From the NCBI RefSeq assembly GCF_030684315.1, contig NC_081360.1, positions 76,559,780-76,623,779 of the forward strand: a stretch of 64,000 nt of DNA. The letters run 5' to 3'. A model generated the notes under the pieces. It searched no databases and had not been told where the DNA came from. It was given only the letters and a program-made list of their open reading frames with translations. Source of the stretch: Stegostoma tigrinum. Its lineage: Eukaryota. Below are positions 27,906 through 40,443 of the stretch, piece after piece (within the stretch, counting starts at the first letter, position 1; each line of letters begins with the position of its first letter). A program made the position numbers and the translations under genes.

Positions 27906-29551
27906 AAATTTTACGGGCTGCCAGAGTAGAGTGAGCTAGTACAGAGGGTCTAATGGAGTTTCTGACAACTGGGCAGAGTCTGTTGTTTATGGTGTTCACC
28001 ATTGGCTGTGTTCGCTGCTGCCACTTGCTAATCTTCAGATGCAAAGTGCTACTAGATATTGGCCGTGACATCCCACAGGGTGGGTGGCGTTTAATGGTCG
28101 AAAGTACAGGATTCTCATTTCCTACATGATAGGATATTGATGGAACAAATTCTTGGAGCAGCCATTTGCAAACACCAGCTAAATTTAATTTATAATCCCT
28201 CCAATTTCCATATTTTATGCAAGCAGAATGATGGGGTCAGATGCTGGTCAAAGGTGACTTGCATTAATGCCTTTGCTGCATTTGAATTAAACAAATGGAC
28301 ACAGACCATTAGAAAATAGATGACAGGTTAGAGAGAGGATCTTGATCGGCACAGGCTTGGAGGGCCGAAGGGCCTGTTCCTGTGCTGTAGGTTTCTTTGT
28401 TATCTCAGTGATATAGGAAAGGTTAATGCTGGCCAATAGCAAAACATTTATTCATGTAACTTTGATGGGGGCTGTTAGAGCCGGATACCATTGGTTCATC
28501 TGTCTTGTAAGTTTAAGAATTGCCTGGACAGAATGCAGTGAGAAATTGAATGATTGATGTGGTCTGGGATAAGAAGGGATTAGATGTACAGCAAGCACTC
28601 CCCTTTTTCATACGATGTGCTGGTCCCTCAGCTAGTTGTCTCACATTCTGAAACTGAATAAATGATGGAGATGAATGATGATGGCCCTCATTATTCGGGT
28701 TCAGCATGTCTCATTATACAGAGAAGGGTTTTAAACATTTGCAGATATGCTGCTGCTGAAGGTTTTTGAGATCTATGAACTTTGTCTGTTATTTTTCCAC
28801 TGTAGGTCATTTCCAATGAGAATCCCGTATTTCTTCACTGCCGGGATGTTGGTTTCTGTTGTGGCCTTCCTAAGACTGCAAAGGTGCATGCAGGAGGCCC
28901 AAGGACCAATTGCAAGCGCTAAAGTAGCAGCAAGCTGTCACAGAGAATGAAGAGCAGGAACATGTTTCAGCCTGTTAATGGTGTATGCGGTCCACAAGGA
29001 GGCCCAGAGGTTTTTGGTTCTGATTTAATTTCCCGGAGGTGAGCAAGACACCATACACCTTGGAATACCGTGAAGCTAAACAGGCTGTGGGAGTGGGAGG
29101 TCATCCGTTTCTTAGAGGCTCTGAAGGTAACAGCAACTTCGAGCCTCTGTGATTGGATCTTTCCAGAAAGTGACAGTGACCTGTGTGAAATCTCTGCCCA
29201 CAAATGCATCAGGATCGTGACTGATGCCATCTGTGCGAATCATACTGGTTTACTGCAGCCCTGTATGATGAAGTCAGTGCTATAGTCTTGGCTGTAGGAT
29301 TCAGGAACATCAGTTATCACCACCTGGAAGTGTGTGCCTGTAACACTGGCAGCAACACGGCACTCCTATAAGTAGTCTTGTGAACCTGTTGAATTTGAAG
29401 AACCAGTTGCCTTATCAGGTTGGTTACTAACAGGGGTTATTCACTGAACAATGGCTTATGAATTTATTGTGCAACCCCTTACTGATGAGGAGAGCAGGCT
29501 TAGTGCTGTCCATGCCTCAACCAGGGCTATGGTGGAGCAGAGTATAGGAAA

Positions 29552-29976
29552 GAACATCAACTAGCCACAAAACGACATGATCCACTATCACTCGTATCCT
29601 TACATACAGATGAGGAAGGACACCACTTTGATTGGGACAACACATCCATCCTAGGGCAAGCCAAACAGAGACATGCACGAGAATTCCTAGAAGCATGGCA
29701 TTCCATCAACAAACACATTGATTTGGAGCCAATCTACCATCCCCTGAGAAAAAGAACAGGAAATGACATCACCAATGGAGGAAATGACATCAACAGCCCA
29801 AGGAAACCTAACCAGATAAATAGAAAGCAGGACATAACACCACCGCTTCATCGGAGGCTCACTGATGATGTTACCTAGAATAGTGACGAAATGTCTGAAA
29901 ACTAACCTTCCAGCTCAGCGAGCAAGCTCACATCCAGAACCGCAACCTGAGCTACAAATCTTCTCAAAACTCGCTT
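29552..29976 (+). mobile_element. Penelope-like element 3' end (Poseidon/Penelope-type): GIY-YIG C-terminus and hammerhead
   Basis: Reads EHQLATKRHDPLSLVSLHTDEEGHHFDWDNTSILGQAKQRHAREFLEAWHSINKHIDLEPIY from 29552, followed by a 3' UTR with CTGATGA...GAAA. Confidence 0.8.
29859..29898 (+). ncRNA. Minimal type I hammerhead ribozyme motif (Poseidon-type PLE)
   Basis: tca-CTGATGA-t-GTTAC-ctagaata-GTGAC-GAAA-t-GTC-tga. Core, stem II and a 3-bp stem I (tca/tga) are present. GAAAT probably reflects CpG decay of GAAAC. Confidence 0.75.
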
Positions 29977-31000
29977 GCCTTTCATTGTGGAGATAAACCT
30001 CAGCTTCTATTGTTCAGTTTTAGTTTCCTTTGATTGTTTATAAAAAAAGCACACTTGGAATTGTCTGAATATCTGCATTTATTTGATGGTCCATATGGTG
30101 CGATGATGAGATGTGAATCTCCAGTGGTACTGGGGACAAAGCAGACCTCTGTGTTGTATAGAGGATGCCCTATGCCCACAGCTGGAGTCACAACATCAGG
30201 CAGTAATTGGTCCAGAGCATTACCTCTGTCATGCCTGCCAGATTTTCCCCCGCCTGCCTATGCATCTCTGTCAGCACATTAGTGGCCAAGCCCAGCAGCT
30301 TATCATTTGTAGTGGGCATATTCTCTAGCATTGCTCTGAGCATTGGGGACTTTCAGTTGTTTCTTCCTCCTGCAGCTGCTAGCCTATTCCAGTGCTATGC
30401 TCACAAGTGTGTGACCCTGTGTTTATTCCAGATAGGTTCCCCACCAAGATAAATGTCTCTTTGCTGGTGGAGGGGATGGAAGAAGGCCTCAGTTTATGAC
30501 TGTTCATCTTCAGAGGAATAAACAGTAGCTGGTAGAGATGGAGCACTTCTTTTATTTTGTCACATGGCTTGAGAGAGGTATGTGGAAGCTGCAGAGTGAA
30601 ACATAAAGATTGTTAATGTTGTGGGATAGTACCTTCTACTCAAGGTCTAATTCAACTATTGATGCTTGAAGTCCAGATAAGAATAGCAGATTGGAAGCTT
30701 CACATTGGATGGTTGTGGCTGCCAAATGTTATCTTCAGCACAGGCAGCTTCTGCCTGCGCTCCTGCGAGCTCAGTGGTTTATTCCGCAAGGAGATCAGGA
30801 ACCTTACACCATTGCAATCACCTTCCGAAGCCCCACCCTGCTCACTGGGCACATTAACTCTTCTGTGATGCCACAGTGATGGCAGCAGAACATGGCTTAC
30901 AAGAGTTAGAAAGCATACTGTGCATATCATTCTCCCACAGGAGTAGGGAAGCATTCTGAGATACTCATCATGAATAATGCATGATAACTATATCTGCATT

Positions 31001-31109
31001 GATAGATATATAGACAGTTAGCTAGTTATTTAGATAGATAGATAGAGATAGTGATAGAGATAGAGATAGAGATAGAGATAGAGATAGAAAGATAGACGGA
31101 TAGATAGAT
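31001..31109 (+). repeat. Compound (GATA)n/(GAGATA)n microsatellite
   Basis: Directly visible. Confidence 0.9.
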
Positions 31110-31689
31110 GTCAGTCTTCAGAGCTGTGATTGCCCAAAAACAGGATTCAGTACAGAAAATGATGGGTGTTAATGGGCTCTGAGTGAAAAGTGGTTCAATA
31201 TGATCAAAAAATAACAGTTGATGAAGCATTTTGATGAAATAAGAAACAGAACTGGGCATGCTGGATATCAAGAGCAAAATCAGAAATGCTGGGAAAAGCT
31301 CAGTACATCTTGTAGCATCTGTGGATCCAGTAATCCTTCTTCAAGAGCTTTTGGATGATATGTTTGAAGTCTTCATTTCCAAAACAATCTTTTGTTATGT
31401 GCCATTGTTCCCTGCAAGCCTTTGGCAAAAAGCTATTGGATGTGTACATTAAAAAAAATCCTCTTGTTGTGAATGTTAGGTCTGCCCCCCCATGGTTGAG
31501 CAGCACCAAATATCCGACAGCTGCCCACAGTGATGGCAGCAGAACATGGCTGACAAGAGTTAGAAAGCTTGGGAAAGTATTTGATTGATGTATTCTTCAC
31601 AAGTAGAGCAATAGTAGCTCTGTAGAACCAAGATAACAGAACTGATATAGAATATGCAGCTTCAGTTGTTTTTGCATAGGATATAAAGA

Positions 31690-31950
31690 ACTAAGGACAA
31701 AGAAAATTACAGCACAGGAACAGGCCCTTAGGCCCACCAAGCCTGCGCTGATCCTCTATCTAAACCTGTCACCTATTTTCCAAGGATCTGTATCCCTCTG
31801 CTCCCTGCCCATTCATGTATCTGTCTTGATACATCTTAAAATGATGCTATCGTGCCCACCTCTACCACCTCTGCTGGCAACGCGTTCCAGGCACCCACCA
31901 CCCTCTGTGTAAAGGATTCCCCACGCATATCTCCCTTAAACTTTTCCCAG
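31690..31950 (-). mobile_element. CR1-clade LINE 3' fragment
   Basis: acagcacaggaacaggccc...ggcaacgcgttccaggcacccaccaccctctgtgtaaa is the reverse complement of a CR1 3' end. Confidence 0.8.
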
Positions 31951-33106
31951 GCATTGATAAGAACATCTAATATTTTCCCAAGCTTTCTACCTACTGTCAG
32001 CCACATTATGCTGCTAATGCCGTGGCTGCACAGAGCTGCTGAGTATTGCAGTCCCTTTTTATGTCCTAAGTGTGAACCCTGGCAGGTGTGTGAGAAGTAG
32101 CAGCACCGTGGTGCAATTAATGCTACACTGGTAGCTGCAATGAAGGGACAGATTACACATAAAGCAGCTGGAGATGGCCAGCATGCAACCTTGGGAGGAA
32201 ATCATCTTCAGTGACAATTTTACACTATGACTCCCACTAATGGGAACAAGAAACATTGATACAGTGATACATACCGCAGTGTAATTTAACTAATTATTCA
32301 TTCTATTGCAGCATTGGAGATTGGTTCTCTTGAGCTGTTTGCAAGTGCTGACCTCTGCAGCCACGACCGTCTGGACCATCTTCATCCATTAACGTTAACT
32401 CCTGTCAACATCCATTAACAAAAGAACCTCCTTTCTCTCCTGGACACCCTTCAGGAGAACACTTCCAGTGGCATGCTAAAGTGTGGCTCAGCTTTTTGAC
32501 TGGTCTCTAATAGTCTCCAATCATGGGATGGGGTGATGAGCAGAGGTTGAGTGATGTTTTTAGATTGCCAGGACTGATGTGCCATATTGCACCTGGAAGT
32601 TCAAGACCAGAAGTCCTAGCAGTGGGACACAAAACACTGTCCCTGTTTGCTCATAAAACGTAATATTGCATATCCAACAAACTGAGAAAAATGTAAATAG
32701 GCAGGAAAGCCTGACTGAACCCTCTCTTTACCTCCAGCCATACCAGTGCAATTAACTTAGGCTTTTAGGCCTGTTTCTATACTTGCTGTCAAAAATCAAG
32801 ATTCTGCGAAAAATAATAGTTTTCCCACCAAATAATACTCTTTAAAATAATGATCAATACGTTTGGATTTGAAAAGAATTCCTCATTAGAACATACACAT
32901 AACAAGCTTTCTTCAGAGCCTTAAAGTTTGAAGACTTGTTTTCTTTGCAAGATAGAAGGAGGAATGAGAAGAATTAAGATTTTCCCAAAAATCATAACTT
33001 TTATAGGTTAATATAGAACATTTAACATTTTCACTTATTTTGAAACATTGCTTAATGAGTAATTGATATCAGCACTATTCCATTAGATTTCAGAAACAAA
33101 ACATAC

Positions 33107-33232
33107 CGCATTCTTCTTTTGGCTCATCAGAACCATCTCCACAGTCATCCTCTCCATCACATTTCCAACGTGCAGGAACACATCTGCTCGTGTCTTTACA
33201 GTGGAAATCATCTGTGCCACATGCAATTTGAG
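33107..33232 (-). CDS. LRP1B: LRP1/LRP1B-family coding exon: LDL-receptor class A repeat
   Basis: Acceptor gactttag|CT and donor TGC G|gtatgt. 126 nt, phase 1 to 1. (T)[41 protein letters not shown]. Confidence 0.93.
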
Positions 33233-34941
33233 CTAAAGTCAATCAAAAATGGGAAAACAGAAATAGTGTGTCTGTAGCCCACAGTTCAAAATGACTGTTA
33301 TATAAATCAAATATATGGCTTCTTTTCAACAGTTAATATTGAAGATCTATATTACGTCACACTTAACAAGAACAAGTAAAGTTTGAAGTTTCTCTGTCTC
33401 TGATCATTACACCAGTGTTCAGACAGTAATTTCCCTTTACCACTTATTTCTTTTCCTTTTCATGCTTTTCTTGAAAATGCCAAGATTTTAAATGGCTTCA
33501 GGACCAAAAACACAAAAAGCAATTTTCTTCTCTTTTGCACAAGTGAAGATATATGCTTCCTATTTAAAAATCTTGGCCTGAAAGTTGGTGACTGTTATAA
33601 AGAGAGAGCTGATGAACAACACTATATCTTTTACTTATGCTGTTTCATTTATTTAAAAAGTGATTGAGTCAAAGCTGACAAGAACACTATTTTAGATTTG
33701 TTGTCTTCGAGAAAATTATCCCACAAGAAATTATGAAAACTTTATTTTCTGCGCATAGCATTAGAAGCGCACATCTCAATTAGATAACATGATGGGAAAT
33801 GTATGTTCTTTATTTCTGAAGGTCAATGAATAGCAATTTACTTTGCATGAGTGAGAACTTCACCCAAATGTCATAACTCATTAGTAGGTATCTTGTGATC
33901 AAATAATGGTATAAACGTAATGTTTAACATGAGTCTAGCTGAATAACGTGTCTTCCTCTTTAGATTTCAATGCTCCCTTTCCCCTGGCATATATGTGCTT
34001 GATTTCAACTCTTCCTACTTTTTCATTGTTCATAATCTTAGGAAATGTCTTGTTGTTTTCTGTCCCTCCAATAACTTCTATTTTTGAAATGGAGCATAGT
34101 TGAATTTATGGTAATCAACAAAATACATGTAATTGCATTTTAAATTGGTCAAATAACACTTTTTAAATTTTAAATCTCTTAAAATTCAATTCCCCAAATT
34201 GCAATCATAACTATATCCTGCAGTCTTTATTGATGCTAATATGTTTCCTTATTTGTGCATGATTGTAATGATGCTTTCAACTTAATTTTCCACATTTTAT
34301 TTCCATTGTATTATTTCTTACCTTTTGATTTCTACTTTCATGTTCCTTGGAACATAATGGTTAATTAATCATATTACGAGAATCGACCACTATTATTAAT
34401 GTAGCCACCCTCTATACAGTAAACTGCAAATAAGCTTAGAAATGTGTGACACAGCAAACTGTTTAGAAAAATACTGCGAATGTGGTTATAAATGACCTAT
34501 GCACGAGTACTGTGCTTGCATTTTTCTTTTTATTGAACATGAAGTGTAACGTTGTTTCAAAATAACCTATTTGCAAAGTAACCCTGTGTCTAACAATCAA
34601 ATACTGCTGCTCAGGGGAAAAAATACAAAGGGGAAAACATTGCAAAGGGCAAATGTACATACAAATACTCTTTAACAAATTGTCCGAGCATATGAAATAC
34701 TGAATCAGCTATTTCTAATTTGGGGTCTAACACATTTCATAACTACAATTTGCCTTTGTGAGAGAGGATTCTTATTAGTTAGTTTGAGTGCTTCCTCTGT
34801 GAGTTAGATGGGCGTATATTTTCACTCTGTCAAGGGAAGGAATGAGTGTCAAGAGAAATGTTTTTAAAGCAAAGAGGTAGAAGCAGTTTGCTAGTATATG
34901 TTGTACAATGGTTCCGAGTCAAAGAAGGAGTGAAAATGATT

Positions 34942-35000
34942 CAGTGATAATGGGAACTGCAGATGCTGGAGAATCCAAGATAATAAAATGTGAGGCTGGA
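34942..35000 (-). mobile_element. ~60-bp Penelope-like terminal fragment
   Basis: Reverse complement of the element 3' end. Flanked by tgaaaatgatt at 34931-34941 and 35001-35011. Confidence 0.8.
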
Positions 35001-35098
35001 TGAAAATGATTAGATTCTTTTATTTTATAATGTCAGACATGACCTGGAATGCCTTGACCAGATTTGCAAACAAGTCTCCGCCTCATTATGAACAATGA

Positions 35099-35282
35099 GG
35101 TCCGCCTCCCCCTCTGTCCCTATTTATTCCAGTTGTCTCTCCCCATCCCCCTCTCTGATGAAGGGTCTAGGCCCGAAATGTCAGCTTTTGTGCTCCTGAG
35201 ATGCTGCTTGGCCTGCTGTGTTCATCCAGCTCCACACTTTGTTATCTTGGATTCTCCAGCATCTGCAGTTCCCATTATCACT
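35099..35282 (+). mobile_element. Penelope-like (Neptune) terminal fragment with hammerhead motif at 35155-35182
   Basis: Near-identical to about 61229-61410. Contains CTGATGA-aGGGTCtaGGCCC-GAAA-tGTC. Confidence 0.9.
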
Positions 35283-36012
35283 AAGTTACTGATACTGTAT
35301 GGGCCACATGGTCATTCAGCATCTTGGGTAGAAGCAAGGTTCAAATTTGATGAACAGTAAATATGTTTATTACATACTAGTTAATGGCTATATACACTAC
35401 ATGTAAGATACAAGATAATTTAATTTGGGACATTAGGCTAAAGTAAGTGCTAAGGTCACACTATAACTGGTAACACATTCTCTCAGAGTACTCTCAACAA
35501 GAACAAAACTTGAAGCAACACTCATTCAGACAGAAACCAGCAACCGGTTAACTCTTCCTGGGAGCAGTCCTTTATTTCCCGATGGGCAGACTCATCTTGC
35601 AATGTCAGTTAATGCTTTTGTCCTAACTATCTTTAACAAGACATTGGAGTTTTATTTTCCCCAGAGCAACAACAGATATTATTAGTAAACGGGCTATTTT
35701 TCTGCAAATTTCACTCAAGGTTTGTAGGAAATTGAGCCTGCAATTTTGTCATTCATTCAAACTTTGGGACATAGTCTAAATCATAAAAATATCATTGCAG
35801 CTTTCAAGAAAATCTTAAGAAATTAGTGCACAAAAACTAGTGTCTTTGAGTATTAATCACTATCAAAATGTGCAGCTATTTTAACATTACAAATATCCTC
35901 AAATCTTTTACAACTAAACAGATTCTCATTTAGCAGGCACATATTTTGAAATACAAAGACTTTCTAGTCATAATTTTCCACTTTTTTTTCCTTCCTGTTA
36001 TAAATAACTTAC

Positions 36013-36132
36013 TGCAATTTGATTCATCAGAGCCATCTGCACAGTCATGGTCCTTGTCACAGACCCATTCTTCAGGAATGCAACGTTTGGTTACAGCACA
36101 CTGGAACTGGTTTGGAGAACAGGTAACTTCAG
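36013..36132 (-). CDS. LRP1B: LRP1/LRP1B-family coding exon: LDL-receptor class A repeat
   Basis: Acceptor ttgtccttag|CT and donor TGC A|gtaagt. 120 nt, phase 1 to 1. (P)[39 protein letters not shown]. Confidence 0.93.
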
Positions 36133-37119
36133 CTAAGGACAAAGTTTTAAAATAATCTGTCAGATGTTACAAGTGACATTAAATGTCAAAACTTCCACCA
36201 TGGCAACATTCAAGTTATACTTGACTCCTGAACATATTTTTGAATCAAATTTTCATCCTTTTGAAATGGCTTAGCTTCGTACTTAAAATTGTGGTTGTTA
36301 CCTACCACTTTGAAAATGTTTAAATAATAGTTCACAAAATCACTATCGAAATTGCAGTCTTGCAGTTCTGAATGATGATGTTCAAATTAAATTCATAAAT
36401 ATACATACAAATTGTCCAAATTAGTTTTGCATTTTGAACCTTTTTTTTCACCAACTCATCTGACTCATTCAATTGATTAGTATCTGTCATAGTTTCTATT
36501 TTATGCTTGTATGTGCAAAATTTTGATGTATTAAATTCGATCACACATTAAGGTATTAACTGAACTGAAGAAACCATATTCTTCTGCTTTTCTTTTGAAC
36601 CACGCATAGCTGAATAACTTGCCGCACAGCTATTATCCTGATTTTCGATCTTAAAATCATTAAATGAATTTTCACTTCCATAATCTGTAAAGTAACAACC
36701 TTCATGAAGTGTATTAAAATTTCTGCAATTTTATTTGTGCCGATTCATACTTTATCTGACAAGTAATTTCTGTTGCACTTTAATGGATAAGCTACCAATT
36801 AACATCTATCAATCTCACTACATGTTATAACTGTAAAATTACGCAGAAAATTGAATTAATCCTTTGCATAATGCTATTACAATAGGTGAATAAAAAAGTA
36901 GCAATCTAGTTATGAATGATTAAATGTGTTGCCAGCAGATAATACGGATGAATTCAACTTTTTTGTTAAATAAATGCATTTTTTTCTTTCAAACTATGAA
37001 CTTTGGCTAAGATTGCATCAAATGGCATTGAGATCCATTGCTCCATCCACTTGATTAAGGATATATAATTCCTTTTTAAAACATCCAGAAAGCAGGCCTG
37101 ATCTTGGGAAACGAGCAGA

Positions 37120-37316
37120 GATAATGGGAACTGCAGATGCTGGAGAATCTGAGATAACAAAGTGTGGAGCTGGAGGAACAGAGCAGGCCAAGCAGCATCT
37201 CAGGAGCGCAAAAGCTGATGTTTCGGGCCTAACGGTCTCGGCCTGAAACGTCAGCTTTTGTGCTCCTAAGATGCTGCTTGGCCTGCCGTGTTCCTCCAGC
37301 TTCACACTTTGTTGTG
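37120..37316. mobile_element. Palindromic Penelope-derived mini-insertion: two terminal fragments joined back-to-back at hammerhead stem II
   Basis: The left arm is the reverse complement of the right arm around 37230-37240. 16-bp TSD ttgggaaa(c/t)gagcaga at 37104-37119 and 37317-37332. Confidence 0.85.
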
Positions 37317-37799
37317 TTGGGAAATGAGCAGATTTCTTTTACTGCGAAGTGCTGCTAAAAAATAAATTGACAAAACCATTATGAAGTAGAATTCACCAAG
37401 AAGTAATTCTACTGAAGTTGTAATCTTCCTTCTATTTCTTCCGTAGAAAGTGGCAAGTATATTGAGATATTATTTCCTCATTTTTTGTTAATTCAGTAAT
37501 TCTGAAAGTGGTAATACTTGATGGGGTGACACTTCTTTCTCCCCCAGTGTGATGATAGCATGTGACAGAAAGTGGAATTTCTTGAGAACAAGAATAGGCC
37601 ATGCATCTCTTTGAGTTTGCACGTCTATTCATTAAAATCATGGCTGTTCCGATGATAACCTCAACTCTACACTCCTCGTGGTAAGGTCATCCTAATAGTT
37701 TTTGTAGTAACGTAGAGTGTATTCTTAAAATGCATCACGTTTATTCTGAGACTCCCCTCATTAGATGAGAAGAACACTCGTATATCATTTGACTACAGT

Positions 37800-37980
37800 G
37801 GGTCTGGCAGCTTCTGTGAAGAAAAGATCAGATTTAACATTTCTGAGGAAGGGTCCAAACCGGACCCAAAATGTTAACTCTTATTTTTTTCTTCACAGAT
37901 GTTGCCAGATCTGCTGAGCTTTTCCAGTAACTTCTGTTTTGTTCCTGATTTGTAACATTCACAGTTCTTTCAGTTTTTAT
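37800..37980. mobile_element. Penelope terminal fragment (second family) with a short inverted arm
   Basis: 37800-37842 is an inverted copy of about 37869-37912. Degenerate hammerhead CTGAGGA-aGGGTCC-aaacc-GGACCC-aaaa-tgtt at 37843-37875. Confidence 0.75.
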
Positions 37981-38049
37981 TTTACTATTGTGTAGTTTTT
38001 ATTAAAAACACACACACAAAAGACAGGGGTGGCAGCACACTCAGTAAGG

Positions 38050-39900
38050 TGGTCAGCATGGGATCTAAAGATGTAATGTGTCAACAGCAGGCTCAAAAAG
38101 CAAATATGCTGGTTATGTAGAAGACTTCAATGAGAACTGATATTGTTGCTTACTGAGGAAAACAAACATTTGAGAAAAATCTTGTGGAACACTCGCTGCT
38201 AGAAAATAATTGAAAGATGACACAAACATTTTATCTCTTCTCGGAGATGCACTGGAAGAGAAAAATCTTGTAGTTCAAAAATATAGGTACAGGCTCTATC
38301 ACAAGTTTGTGGGAATTGTCCCAACTCCAAATTCAGCCAGGAGAGAACAAACATTACAGACAGCATGAATCAAAAGTAAAAATCCTGGGCATAAAGGACA
38401 AATATAAAAAAAAATCAGTTGGAACTCAGATCAGACATTGCTGCCATAGCATATGTGTAGGAAAAGGCAATGCTAGAAAGAAACAAAACTATCCCGGCAA
38501 AGGGAGAATCTCACTTAATTGAGGAAGGGAGGGCCAAGGAAATTGGGGAGTCTAACATATAGAGCCCATAAACATTGGACAATATAAAAAAGTAGCAGAT
38601 CCTGATCTAGTATGGAAAATTTCCAGAAGTGTCCACTAAACCAAAAAAGGTGGGAATCCTCCATTAAAACTGTAGAGAGTGGGAAAACCCTCAATAACAG
38701 CAGCAAATATGAGACAACAGCCATTCCTGTGAACTAATAATCTTTAAAGAAGCTAAAATATGTAATCATGTTAGAATTATAAAAATAAATAACATTGCTA
38801 GGAAGATTTAAATTGAAAATGGACCAAATAAAACACAAGTTTGGTAATCCTGGAGAAAACAACTCTTTGGGCATAATGTTGAATTTAAAAGCTATTCTAT
38901 GTCAGAAACTGAACACTTATGTGCACAATAGAGTTATTACATTACCAAGAGTTTTTTTTTGTTAAAAATACAAAAGATATGTTGAAAAGGTACTGAAAGT
39001 GTTTGACAACTCTTTGAACCTCAGAAATTATAAAATCCCTGGAAGAACAACATTCAGCAGAAGAATACCACATCCAGGGAATCCATAGACAATGATCTCT
39101 TCAGACTACTGGAGATAAATGACTATGGCAACTTAAAGTCAAATTTTATAATAGATCAAATTGATTACTGCTAAGTCGTTGTCAAATTTATAACAGCCCA
39201 AAGAAGATCTAATTCTGCAGAAATGTCAGTCACAGAGGGAGTGTGGTAAAAGTACAGAAGCAGAGAGATCAATCCTAACGGGAGAAGATAAAACTGCCTA
39301 GGATATTTTCAGAACATATTCAATTGTTGGGGTACAGAAAAATAAGGGGCATGCGATAAGTTGATGCAGTGGATACAACATAAACAAGTCACTCAAAGTT
39401 CTTGCCAATGCTGTAGAGTAAAGAAGCTTCACAGGCATAAAAAATGCCCAGTTACGAAAACAGAATATCTTGTTTAAAAAAGCTCACTTTCAGAACATAT
39501 GCTGAAGCACAAACTTGAGCATAATACAAAATGATGAAAGAACTACCCACACAAAGAGATAGATACAGCAGAACATTTCCAGTAAAAGACAAGCCAAAAG
39601 CTTCCCTAGGAATGTTAGTGACCTAGGCCAAAATTTTGACAAGATGACATATTTCAATAAGCATCTCACAAGTAATACATCAGAAAAAAATGTCACAATA
39701 ATATTGGAATGTAAGTCATGGTTCACAAAACAATTTAATCCCAAAAGAAGTTCAACTACATGGTCCAGGGTTACAAACATAATGTTAAATATATGCTACA
39801 AGTAATTCTCAAACATGGGTGATACCATGTATTAGAAATCCTGTGATTACTTCACAACCATGAAATTTCAGTCCAAAGTAAAGCAGTATTTATTAACCTA
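38050..39900 (+). mobile_element. Possible ancient LINE ORF2 relic
   Basis: A-rich strand bias with faint endonuclease/RT-like motifs (gacttcaatgag; aaatccctgga). No continuous frame. Confidence 0.25.
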
Positions 39901-40189
39901 CATTTCATTAAAATTTGGTCGAGATTAAGCAACATATCCCAATTTATTGAAGGGTAAAGATGCTTAAAAACCAAATACAGCATCAGACTCAAGGAATGTG
40001 CTAAATGCATATGCCTTTACACGTCAAAATGCCACATCCTTTAATGAAACAATTTGAGAACTGCCTTGCAGCGATGACAGGGGGGATCTTATTTCTGTAG
40101 CTGTGAAACCAACAGTGTAGCATTTAAGATAATAAAATGTGAGGCTGGATGAACACAGCAGGCCAAGCAGCATCTCAGGAGCACAAAAG

Positions 40190-40221
40190 CTGACGTTTCG
40201 GGCCTAGACTCTTCATCAGAG
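40190..40221 (-). ncRNA. Minimal hammerhead ribozyme motif (Neptune PLE), sense to the host pre-mRNA
   Basis: Minus strand ct-CTGATGA-aGAGTCtaGGCCC-GAAAC-GTC-ag. Full core, one stem II mismatch, and only a 2-bp stem I. Confidence 0.7.
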
Positions 40222-40443
40222 AGGGGGATGGGGGGAGGGAACTGGAATAAATAGGGAGAGAGGGGGAGGCGGACCGAAGATGGAGAGTAAAGAAGATAGG
40301 TGGAGAGAGTGTAGGTGGGGAGGTAGGGAGGGGATAGGTCAGTCCAGGGAAGACAGACAGGTCAAGGAGGTGGGATGAGGTTAGTAGGGAGCTGGGGGTG
40401 CGGCTTTGGGTGGGAGGAAGGGATGGGTGAGAGGAAGAACCGG

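Larger units (their letters stand above)
28900..31250 (-). mobile_element. Highly decayed non-LTR element, possibly Tx1/L1 clade
   Basis: Minus-strand peptide remnants HRSLSLSGKIQSQRLEV (resembles W..RSLS..GK..VI..EVL) and AVGIGHPLY (resembles GVRQGCPLS). Weak evidence. Confidence 0.4.

Noticed and set aside
31026-31277. ORF ending in SISISISI
   Set aside because: Translation of the (GAGATA)n microsatellite.
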